Shown here: piece by piece, positions 24,090 through 34,104 of the stretch
How the letters are laid out: each line of letters starts with the position of its first letter
How positions within the stretch are numbered: position 1 is the stretch's first letter
Assembly (NCBI GenBank): GCA_048128005.1
Contig: JBEUKZ010000107.1
Coordinates: 124,001 to 188,000, forward strand
Direction: 5' to 3'
Length of the DNA stretch: 64,000 nt
DNA from: Veleropilina oligotropha
Taxonomy: Eukaryota
Position numbers and translations under genes: made by a program
The notes under the pieces: generated by a model
The model's input: only the letters and a program-made list of their open reading frames with translations
Databases searched by the model: none
What the model was told of the DNA's origin: nothing

Positions 24090-26333
24090 ATGGTCCGTTG
24101 CAGTGAACCTGAGTGTAACCAAAAGATACACAGCTTCGACAAGCATACGGTATGTCGCATACACCGTAGTTGTGCTAAGAAATACCCTTGTGCTAAATGT
24201 CTAAGTTTAACGGATCGGCAGTGGGCACTTATCTACCCACCAGAGAAAAGGGCTACCAGGGAGTCCGTCTCTGTTGGGCTTCCCCCGGAGGAACAGACGA
24301 CGGGTAAGTCAGGGATAAATGCTGATTCGTCTGTTTCAGGGACGCGAAGCGACCAGCGAACTGGGGCATCGCATGTCGCAGGACCCGCCGACGAAACCGC
24401 TACGGTTTTGGGGAAAACCGTGGGAACCTCGCCGGCGTCCCAGGTTCAAGACCAGGTAAGAGGAGCCCGAGTGCAGTCCGTTTCTCCTCGAACCCCGGGC
24501 CAAGTAGCTGCGTCCAATAGTACCTTGCCGGCTAGCAAGGTACACCGGACCTTACAGCGAACAGCTGAGCAGGGCAGGCAGTCCCCTTCCTCTCTTCCGG
24601 CCTCGGAAGAGCAGGGGATGGCTAGTCCTTCTGTTACAAGCTGTATGTCGAGTGGCATACAGCTGACGGCAGAGAAAGTTGGAATAGTTGCCGGACACCA
24701 CCAAAGTGGTTTAAGATCCGGACCACCAACGCAACACGACTCACTGGCCGATGGTGCGACCGACCCTCCCCAGGGTTCGTCCTTATACCTCGGAGCTCGC
24801 AGTCTTGTCGGAGGGCCCGCCGACTCCCCTGACCCCTTTGGGCTCAGACTAGTTGGCGCGGGCGGACCGGCTGCGTTCAGGATGGGCATGTACGCGGGAG
24901 CTTCCCCCGTCTACCCACTGAACAGAGCGGCGACCTCCACGGGACTGTGGCCGCAGTCTTTCGGAAGTCGAGCTCCGGTTAACCCGCCTTTTTGCCAGTT
25001 CTCCGGTAGTAACCGCTCGTCAGGCGATGCGAGACCCTGGTTCTCGTATCAACCTGGCCCAGCAGCCCGTCTACCATGTGCCACGATGTCCTCGAGCGGT
25101 CCACTGGCTGTTGGATCGACGCCCGTCTTGCCTGTTGGTCTCTCTATGGAGAGCGTCCAGGCGATGATTGCGGCGGAATTCGAGACCCGCAGTAGGGCCT
25201 GGCTTCCGGCTGTTCAGCCGCCCCAGGTCTCTGCTCCTCTGCTCGTGGCCCAGAGCACGGCTCCTGCCTCGGTGATGGAGGTCGACCCTCGTTCCGACGA
25301 GGACGTCCCCTCCGATCGCTCCGATCTTCTTGAATCGGTCGGTCCCGATGACTCTCGTAGTCAATCAGGCTTGCAGGAGCCGATCTCCGCCACCCACCGA
25401 AGATACGACGCAGTCGCGTCGCTTCGCGGGGTGTTAGATCTACCCGACCCGGCCCGGCCGGTAGGTACGATCAAACACAGGATGGCAGCACACCGTTTTG
25501 CTGAGTCGGAGGCTTCCCGTACTCCCCCAGTCTGGCTTGGTGGATCTGGTCCTGGATCAGACCACCCGGGCCATTCAGGGAGGCAAGACAGTGGAGACGT
25601 CTTCTCTCACGGAGTTCCCTCGGGGCCTCCGTAGAGGAAGATACCTCCGGCCCAGTACGCGATCTTTGCCGATCGCCCTTTCTGAGCCGTGCCTGGTGGC
25701 TGAGCCAGCACAGATTGACGTAGCGATGCGTCGTCTGTCGCCAGCCAAGCTCCCTCGGTAGCGAAGGTACCATGGGCCGCCATGGATGCCTTCGAGAGCT
25801 CTGCCCGACGAGCTCTGCGGCTGTCGTCTGTACAGGACTCGTTCCTGGACGGTGCGATAGCCGTTCTACAGGAGGACGGACCCGGCGCTCGCGAGACCGC
25901 CCTGTCTTTCCTCCACGAGGTTGCTGCCGCCACGGAGAACAACGCGTTGGAGTCCGCGCGTGTCTTAGGCAATGCGCTCCTACTTCGTAGGGACGCCTGC
26001 CTCGAGGGCACATCGTTAGACGACGCCACCCGGTGTTCTCTGCGATGTGTGCCCTTGTCGGCCCCGACTCTCTTCGGAGGCGAGTTCACCGAATTCGTCG
26101 ACAAGAGAGCCGTCGAGCTGAAAGATCGCGCGATTGAGCGCGCAGTGTTGACTACCCCTCGGGGTACTCCTCCTGCCCCCTCAAGGAAGCGCTCGGCCCC
26201 GCCTCGGGGCGCGAAACCTTCCAAGCGTTCCAGACCTTCTCGGGGTGGGCCTCCGGCCCGGAAATCCAGCGAGAAGAAGGGCCCTCCAACTAAATCCCGT
26301 CAGAGCGGGAGAGGGAAGCCGTCACGGCCCTAG
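24090..26333 (+). pseudogene. DIRS-B gag-like ORF1 (two frameshifts near 25510 and 25738)
   Basis: ORFs 24090-25634, 25498-25761 and 25782-26333 join collinearly with the DIRS-A gag; N-terminal Cys/His finger; basic C-terminus. The frameshifts could be real or assembly errors. Confidence 0.85.
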
Positions 26334-26513
26334 GGTTGCCGGTGTCAGATGGTATTATGACCCGCGTGGTAAAGTGACCCGCGGGTCATTTCACCGCTAT
26401 GGTATTATGACCCGCCCTATGGTAAAATGACCCCCCCCTCGTATGGTGAAACGACCCGTATGGTATTATGACCCGGGTCGATTTTCTGTTATGGTATTTT
26501 GACCCGGGTATTA

Positions 26514-27309
26514 CAGGGATAGAAATTAATATTTTGAAGCAGGGGTCCATACGGACCCTCTGACTGAAGCTTCTGGGGGTCCGCCTAATTTTCAAGGGGT
26601 CCGTATATAATCCATATTTGGTCGCGATATGAATGTGTTTTGCTATATGGTATGCATTTGGCAATTAGCGATTTGCGTTTTCCATGCATTACGTAATTAG
26701 CCTAGTCACATAAACAATTATTTTGACCAATATATCTAATCCCACATTCATTGAATGATAATTACTGTATCTAACATAAAAAAACATGTTTCCATTACTC
26801 TAACTGTATTTCTGTATAACTGTTTCTGCTAAATTAGAATGTTATCGTGTGCATTGAAATAGTGAAAACTGGGTCACGTCAGCCTCGACCTTCAAAGCAC
26901 TGATGCCGACTGAGAGACGTGTGCAAAATATCTTTCGCTTGTTTCCGATCTACTTCGGGAATAATCGTTACTCTTCCCATGTCAGCAGACAAAACGAGGT
27001 CACATTCATAAACAACAAATATCTCGAACAGAACATGGAAAACTTCTCGCAAGTTTTGCAACTTTTACTACGGCGTTTCGTATTTCATTTCTCTAGAAGT
27101 TATATTTGAACTGCGCGCGAAGTGTCAGGTATGAACAACGTGACCACGAGGCGACGACATATACCCAATGCCCTTCCGACAATGATATTTTAAATACATC
27201 GTACAGAAATTGCTGGCGGGCCACAACGGACCCGCCAGGACACAATTCCGAGGGTCTGATTGTAAATTTAATCGACGGGCCCCGGACCCCTGGTCAATTT
27301 CGAAGCCTG
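26514..27309. mobile_element. MITE with CAGG termini and 6-bp TSD, nested in the Ginger-like element
   Basis: CAGGGATAGAAATT versus AATTTCGAAGCCTG; GTATTA at 26508-26513 and 27310-27315; GGGTCC/GGACCC subterminal motifs. Confidence 0.8.
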
Positions 27310-28088
27310 GTATTATAACTCATGGCTGCTTTTCTGCTATGCTGCCATAACTGTGATCACTGTTCTAATATGATATTATGACTCTGATCACTTTCTGTTG
27401 TAATCTGATGAGTATCCACTAATTTTATTCCATTTCATTCCATATTGTGAAAAATATTGTTGAAATCATTTCTAAAATGTTTACGTTCTGTTATTTCTTT
27501 ATATCCTACTTTGGTATAAAGTTTTCAGCCTTTATGGCATTACCTTAAATGTTTGCTGTTCAACTAGAAATAAGACGAAACACCAGATTTGTAACATAAA
27601 ATATATTATAATAATAATAAAGAATGATGCAAAACAATAATCTCTATGTACAATCAGCAACAGTAAACGGTAGGTGCAAATTAAGTAACAAGCAGGAAAA
27701 TGAATTTTTACAAGCAGAAAACTGTAAAGAGAAGAACACTTTAATATTGTTATTTTTGCGTGAACTGTTCGTAAAAGAATTTAAGGTTCACCACACAGAT
27801 CTCTACTTAGCAAGAAAATAAATACCTACATTACATGGTTATAACTACTATAAATTCTACAATTGTTATATACTAAAGGTTATTACATTAATTTATAATG
27901 TAAAAGTTATTAAACGCATCACTTAATGCTGAATTGATATTATTTAATTTACACATTGGATGATAATTTGTAGCCAAATGAGGTACATATAACAGTAAAA
28001 GAGTCCTAATATCTAAATTGCCATGTATTTAATTGCTAAATATTTGCTCCAATTCACAAATCAATATAAAATATCTGAGACTACTAAT

Positions 28089-28830
28089 AAACAAGAGCTG
28101 TCAGAAGGACAGCATGCTCGACTATCAAAAGCTAGATCGATGAACTTTCAAGGCTGTAGTGTGAACAGTTTGTGAGAAAAGGCCCTTCATGCAAAACATT
28201 AACCTGAATTATCTAAGTCGAAAAATGGAAATAATTTGGTAAAAATGAAGCTCGAGTTATGGCCCTTGTATTGCAAGTTCGCATAATGATGTGACAAGCG
28301 TATGAAGTTTCAAGGCTGTAGTGTGAACACTTTGTGAGAAAAGGCCCTTCATGCAAAATGTTAACCTGAAGTTGACTTTGTGAGAAAAGGCCCTTCATGC
28401 AAAACATTAACCTGAATTGTCTAAGTCGAAAAAGGGGAATAATTTGGTAAAATAACGAAGCCAGATTTATTACGCCTGTAATGTAAGGTCGCATAATGAC
28501 GTTGAACAAGTGTATGAAGTTTGAAAGGTGTAGTGTGAAAACATTGTGAGAAAAGACCCTTCATGCAAAACATTAACCTGACTTGTCTAAGTCGAAAAAG
28601 GGGAATAATTTGGTAAAACAACGAAGCCAAAGTTGTTACGCCTAATATGTAAGGTCGCATAATGACATTGAACAAGTGTATGAAGTTTGAAAGTTGTAGT
28701 TTGAAAAATTTGTGAGAAAAGACCCTTCATGCAAAATGTTAACCTGAAGTTTGACGCCAACGCCAACGCCGACGCCGACGACAGGGTGACTGCAATAGCT
28801 CGTACTATTTTAGAATAGTCGAGCTAAAAA
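28089..28830 (-). mobile_element. HINE/pearl-like element with internal ~165-bp repeats, nested in the Ginger-like element
   Basis: Hairpin GCTGTC-AGAAG-GACAGC; subterminal IR GCTCGACTAT / ATAGTCGAGC; (GACGCC/AACGCC)n microsatellite; sits in A-runs. Confidence 0.8.
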
Positions 28831-29918
28831 GATATACAACAGTTCAATGACTGACTAAAAGGATTATGAGAGAACACCTGAGACTTAGCAACTTTCTTTG
28901 TAATCCATATTATCTAAATTGTAAATAGCACAAGACTGTTTCAGCTTTAATACAATGACATTGCAGACTTGAAACTGTTGATATTGTATAGGAATTAATT
29001 ACAAAGCAATAAAGCCAATGTTTTCACAAGTGTGTATTGTTTCGTCAAAGTCATTATTAGTGTTAAACCGTCAATGTTTGAAGATCTTTAGTGCAATATT
29101 GATATAGCCACAAGACAATTACACTAAAATGTGTTTAATTATATTTTCAATGATACGAAATATCAACATAACATACATGTACTTATAATATTAAAAACAT
29201 ATAGAGAATTGCTACAAATTTATCTTTCACACACACATTATTATACTAATAATTCATATATATTAATTAAGATATAAAATTTCAGTTTTAAGTAGGTTGT
29301 TGCTAAATCCTCCACTTATTACATATTTGTGTATGTCACTTACTTATTTAAACCAACTAAAGAATAGAGAAACGTCGTTACATCATATTAATTGTCATCT
29401 ATAAATTGAAACATACCTGGGTGCTCATTGCAAATCTTTACATCCCATTATAATAACCAAAACAATTCCTAATATCAAGACATTATCCAACACAATTAAT
29501 ATTTATGCTTGGTTGTCTAATTATATGAAGTAGAACACGATATGGAATATAGAATATTATTTGTATCCTATCGTCACTTGTATATTTGTGCATTTTCTTA
29601 TGTTTCTTGGCGAAAAGACTTGAATAGGCTAGTCCTGTTGCTTAATCACCTTATTTGATTATTTTGTAATGTCATTAGATATATTTTTACTTTTTCCATA
29701 AATAAATATTGATTAAACCATCTATAACAACATTAATATCATCATAAAATTTAGAAAATTGACCTGGGTCACTTCACCATAGTCAAATTTTGACCCGGGT
29801 CACATTACCATATGGTAGGTCGTTTGGCCATATCAGAATTATGACCCGCGGGTCATTTGACCATATGATAAAGTGACCCGCGGATTGTTTTACCATGGGG
29901 TCAAAATACCATGTGACA

Positions 29919-31987
29919 CCGGCACTCGCGACGTGCTCAGCTGCGCGCTTCCGCCGGTGGGAGCGTGCCTGTTAGGCTACAGCCAGACGTGGCTAGAGCT
30001 GACAGACAGCAGCTGGGTCCACTCAGTCGTGAGTGCTGGATACAAGTTGGCGTTCAACCGGCATCCAACCCTATCCGTGACACCACCACCAAGACATGCT
30101 CGCCTCCTTCACGGAGAGAAGCAAGCGGTCTTAGACCAGGCAGTGCGGGACTTACTCCTAAAAGGAGCCATCTATCCCGCGCCGCCCAGCACACCAGGAT
30201 TTTACAGCCATTTCTTCCTGGTCCCGAAACCCGATGGCCGCTGGAGACCGATCCTCGATCTCTCGCACCTCAACCGCTATTTGCGTACCGAGAAGTTCCA
30301 GCAAGAAACACTCTCGAAGATACGAGCGGCCATCCGTCTGGGCGACTGGGCAGCGTCTATCGACCTGACAGATGCGTACTTACACGTTCCGATGCATGTC
30401 TCGGCTCATCAGTACCTCAGGTTTATACACGGGGAGACGATCTACCAATTCAGGTGTCTACCATTCGGTCTATCGTCAGCCCCCTACGTCTTCACGCGGG
30501 TAGTACAGGCTCTCGGGGCCTTCCTACACTCGCTAGGGCACAGAGTACACATGTACCTCGACGACTGGTTGATTCTCGGGGCATCCCGGGATCAGTGCCT
30601 CCAGTCTATGAGCGTTACCCTGTCATCGGCGAAGCGCCTAGGATTACAGATCAACAACGAGAAATCCTGCTTCGTGCCCTCGACGACGTTTACGTTTCTC
30701 GGAGTCGTCTTCGACACGGTCCGGTACACCGCGAAGCCGACCGAGAAACGTATCGTGAACCTACGCACAGTTATCCAGGACACAAGGTCATCGGGGATAG
30801 CCACGGCGCGACAACTGGCCACTGTCCTGGGGCACATCGAGTCGGTAGCGCCCCTGCTACCGACAGGACGAATGGACAAACGACCGTTACAGCAGGCCTT
30901 CAGGGACCGCTGGGTGCAACGTACGGGACAGTGGACGGATCGTATAGATCTTCGGCATTGGTTCAATCACTCGACAGCAGTGTGGCTGAACCCTGCATTG
31001 CCGAGCCAGTCGGTTCCCATTTCCCCGCCAGAGCCGAACGCCTTCCTATACACGGACGCTTCGAACGAGGGCTGGGGAGGTCACCTCGACAGTTACGAGA
31101 CATCGGGCCTTTGGCCGACGGACCTGCAGGGACGACACATAAACTACCTAGAACTAGAAGCGGTCTACCTGACAGTACGGTCCCTCTCGTCACATCTCCG
31201 CAACAAGCAAATATTGCTGGCCACGGACAACACGACTGTCGTTGCATACGTTCAACACCAGGGCGGCACTCGCTCGCGTCCCCTGTGTGACCGGGCTATC
31301 GACCTACACCGCCTAGTGATGTCCCTCAACTCGACGATACGAGCACGACACATCCCGGGAATATTGAACGTCCGAGCGGACTCACTCTCTCGGAAATCGC
31401 AGATAATACACAGAGAGTGGACGCTACACAGCCAGGTAGCTCGGGAAATTTGTCGCCGGTGGTCACAACCCCAAGTCGATCTGTTTGCAACAGAGTTCAA
31501 TCACCGACTCCCTCTGTATGTCTCCCCGTACCCGGACCCGGCCGCCCTAGCGGTCGACGCGCTGTCAATGCCATGGGAGAATCTGATCGCGTACGCCTTT
31601 CCCCCGTCGTCCATACTACGACTTGTACTACAGAAGGCATCGCGAGATCGCTGCGAGATAACGCTAATAGCGCCTCTAAATCGCACGCAATCTTGGTTTC
31701 CGACTCTTCTCGATCTCATCGTCGATCGACCGCTTGCGCTACCGCAAAGGCCGGACCTGCTAATGCAACCGCGCTCACGGGTGTTACACCCGTCGTCGAA
31801 CGAACTTCGTTTACACGCATGGCGGTTATCGAACGATCGCTTGTTGAGAAAGGATTTTCTCGCGCAACAGCCCTCCGCATTTACCGATCGCGAAGACAAT
31901 CTACATCTAAAGTCTATGACTACCGATGGTCTAAATATGTGGATTGGTGTCACAGGCGGGAAGTCAATATACTCCGTCCCCCTGTGA
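29919..31987 (+). CDS. DIRS-B pol: reverse transcriptase, RNase H and DNA N6-adenine methyltransferase-like domain (5' part of the frame lies before the Ginger insertion, about 26245-26342)
   Basis: WRPILDL, LPFGL, YLDDW (RT); YTDAS, LELEAV, TDNTT, ADSLSR (RNase H); VDLFAT and YAFPP (MT-like). No stops. Confidence 0.95.
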
Positions 31988-32901
31988 ACAAATTTATCGA
32001 GTTCATTACGTCGTTATTCGAACGAGGACTGTCGGTCTCGGCCGTCAAAGGTTATCGGGCCTCGATCTCGACTACGCTCAAGCAATGTCGTTCCCAAATT
32101 GACTTATCGTCAGACCGTACTATTTCTGATTTAATAAGGTCCTACGAACTCGAAAGATCGATTTGCATGGCGCGGCCGCCTGCCTGGAATATTATTCTTA
32201 TCCTTAACGCTCTGCTAGAAAGCCCGTTTGAGCCGTTACGTAATGCTTCCATACGTAACCTTACCTACAAAACCGTATTTCTAATTGCGTTTGCATCGGG
32301 CAAAAGGGTTTCTGAGATACACAGCTTCTCCGCAGAGCTCCGGGATATTAGATTCCAGTCTGATGGATCGGTCATATTACGTCCTATATTAGGATTTATT
32401 GCTAAAAACCAGCGGCCAGGCGATATTGCTCCGGAGGTCGTGATTCCTACGCTTTATATTGTCGGTAGAAACGATATCGACCGCCTTAACTGCCCGGTGC
32501 GCGCGCTTCGATATTATCTGGACCGTACACGTGATTTTCGACGAGGCAAAAAACGCTTGTTTATTTCGTATTTGCCCAATTTCACCCGCGATGTATCCAA
32601 GAATACTATCTCGAGATGGATTTGTCGAACGGTTCAACAGATATACTCCAGTTCCAACGAAGCTGACCGCAACCTGATTGCTGTCCGTGCCCATGAAACG
32701 AGAGCGATATCGACGAGTCTGGCATTTAGACATTGTCTAAATATTACCTCCCTGCTACAGGCAGGGTATTGGAGAAACCCGAATGTGTTTGTTAAGCATT
32801 ATTTACGCGATTTCTCGACTGGTGCGGATGGTCTGTCCAGTGTTCAATGTGTTGCTGCGCAACACTGCATTACCAGGACATCGAGGTCAAACACACAGTG
32901 A
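31417..32901 (+). CDS. DIRS-B tyrosine recombinase (core from about 31819; true start uncertain)
   Basis: Catalytic set ASGKRVSEIH (R), FIAKNQ (K), AHETR (HxxR), AGYW and FVKHY (Y). Confidence 0.93.
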   Translation: MDATQPGSSGNLSPVVTTPSRSVCNRVQSPTPSVCLPVPGPGRPSGRRAVNAMGESDRVRLSPVVHTTTCTTEGIARSLRDNANSASKSHAILVSDSSRSHRRSTACATAKAGPANATALTGVTPVVERTSFTRMAVIERSLVEKGFSRATALRIYRSRRQSTSKVYDYRWSKYVDWCHRREVNILRPPVNKFIEFITSLFERGLSVSAVKGYRASISTTLKQCRSQIDLSSDRTISDLIRSYELERSICMARPPAWNIILILNALLESPFEPLRNASIRNLTYKTVFLIAFASGKRVSEIHSFSAELRDIRFQSDGSVILRPILGFIAKNQRPGDIAPEVVIPTLYIVGRNDIDRLNCPVRALRYYLDRTRDFRRGKKRLFISYLPNFTRDVSKNTISRWICRTVQQIYSSSNEADRNLIAVRAHETRAISTSLAFRHCLNITSLLQAGYWRNPNVFVKHYLRDFSTGADGLSSVQCVAAQHCITRTSRSNTQ

Positions 32902-33710
32902 CAGGTATTGTAAATACTTAATTGGTAATTATACAGTCACTCTGCATTTTGTGCAACTCTATTGTGAAGCTTTGCTAACAATTAGTGTTGATTTCAGTGT
33001 GATGTCTGCAGTTCCAAAAATTATATTTATGGACTGAGAATAAATTGTCATATCTGAGTTCACATGACACATGCCAACTCACATTGAATTTTAACATTTA
33101 TAATGCTAAATCTTAAAATGTTTTTTAGGTTTTGATATTATTGAAGTTCATTTGCTGTTATGAGCTTACGGTGTTGCGACATTGAAAAATTTAATATCAA
33201 TCAATCTTTAAATTTTCTTTAAGTAACATGGGGACATGTTTGCTTTTCGCTATTTGGTCAAGCGAATTTGTTATTAATATGGAATATAATATATACGTGT
33301 ATATATTACTTATATCTATTAATAATTGCATAACTAGTAACATTCACAACCTTTTCAGGTGCTGTATGTTTGTCGCAAGTTGACTGCATCTTTTGGTTAC
33401 CGGCCTCGACGCCCAGGGTTTACTAAAAGCTGCTTCGGTCCATGACATCTAAGTCCTACAGGATTTATCCTCCGGCCTTGCCTGGGGCTGATTGCACTTT
33501 CGCGTCACCTTGTCCGACTAACACCTCTGGCGTTTTTTCCCAGGTTCATTGGTCAAAATTCAGTCGGAGGTAAGGGTAGAATTGTAATACTCAGTAATTC
33601 CATCCTGAGCGGACGCGATTCGGCGCTACTAGCTGACTCCATGGTGACAAGTAAGTAACTTGTTTGGGTATTAATTTCGTTAGAACTTAGCCCACCGTCC
33701 AAAGTTATTC

Positions 33711-33799
33711 TGGCATTGGTAATGACGTAGAGTATATTGCTACTAATAAGAGGTTTTTAAGTAAACCTAGTATTAGTTAGAATATACTTACGTCATTAC
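33711..33799 (+). other. DIRS-B internal complementary region (ICR)
   Basis: 33711-33747 is complementary to the 5' end and 33748-33799 to the 3' end. Implied circle junction AAAAACCTCTT|ATTAGTAGC. Confidence 0.93.
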
Positions 33800-33874
33800 A
33801 CGTCTACCCACCCTGCTCATTGCATTCGCTTCCAACCCCTCTTGCTAAGTTCCTCTACGCACTGTAGATTCCTC

Positions 33875-34104
33875 TGACTTAAAAATGATATCAGCTCTGT
33901 CTTGGTCTCTGAGGTCTCGCGAGACTTGGGCAGTTCTCGTGGGAGGAACGCGAGAGGGGTGAGCAGGGGAGGTAAGCGTGTAAGATTTAAAAGAAAGTGA
34001 AACCCTTTTTCACAGTTTCCGGTTTAGCGATAATATGGCTATTATGGCATTGGTAATGACGTAAGTATATTCTAACTAATACTAGGTTTACTTAAAAACC
34101 TCTT
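33875..34104 (-). repeat. DIRS-B right inverted terminal repeat plus 3' extension
   Basis: Inverted copy of the left ITR, followed by ...TAGGTTTACTTAAAAACCTCTT. Confidence 0.93.

Larger units (their letters stand above)
26343..29918. mobile_element. Non-autonomous Ginger1-like DNA transposon
   Basis: Termini TGTCA...TGACA; long imperfect TIRs built from TGACCCG motifs; 4-bp TSD CCGG (26339-26342, 29919-29922). Removing it restores TGCCGGCAC as in DIRS-A. No transposase ORF. Confidence 0.82.
23011..34104 (+). mobile_element. DIRS1-type retrotransposon, copy B (related but distinct family; interrupted by a Ginger-like element)
   Basis: ITRs at 23011-23217 and 33875-34070, 3' extension to 34104, ICR at 33711-33799, and gag, RT/RH/MT and YR ORFs. 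Confidence 0.96.

Noticed and set aside
29873..29918. N-terminus of the 704-aa pol ORF in the track
   Set aside because: These codons are the right TIR of the Ginger-like insert, not pol.
11566..31953. Antisense ORFs over DIRS coding regions
   Set aside because: Expected in GC-rich sequence; no recognisable domains.
10207..34104. Segmental duplication, LTR retrotransposon or prophage integrase
   Set aside because: The two copies are divergent with their own ITRs and ICRs; the terminal repeats are inverted, and the gag/RT/YR layout is DIRS-type.
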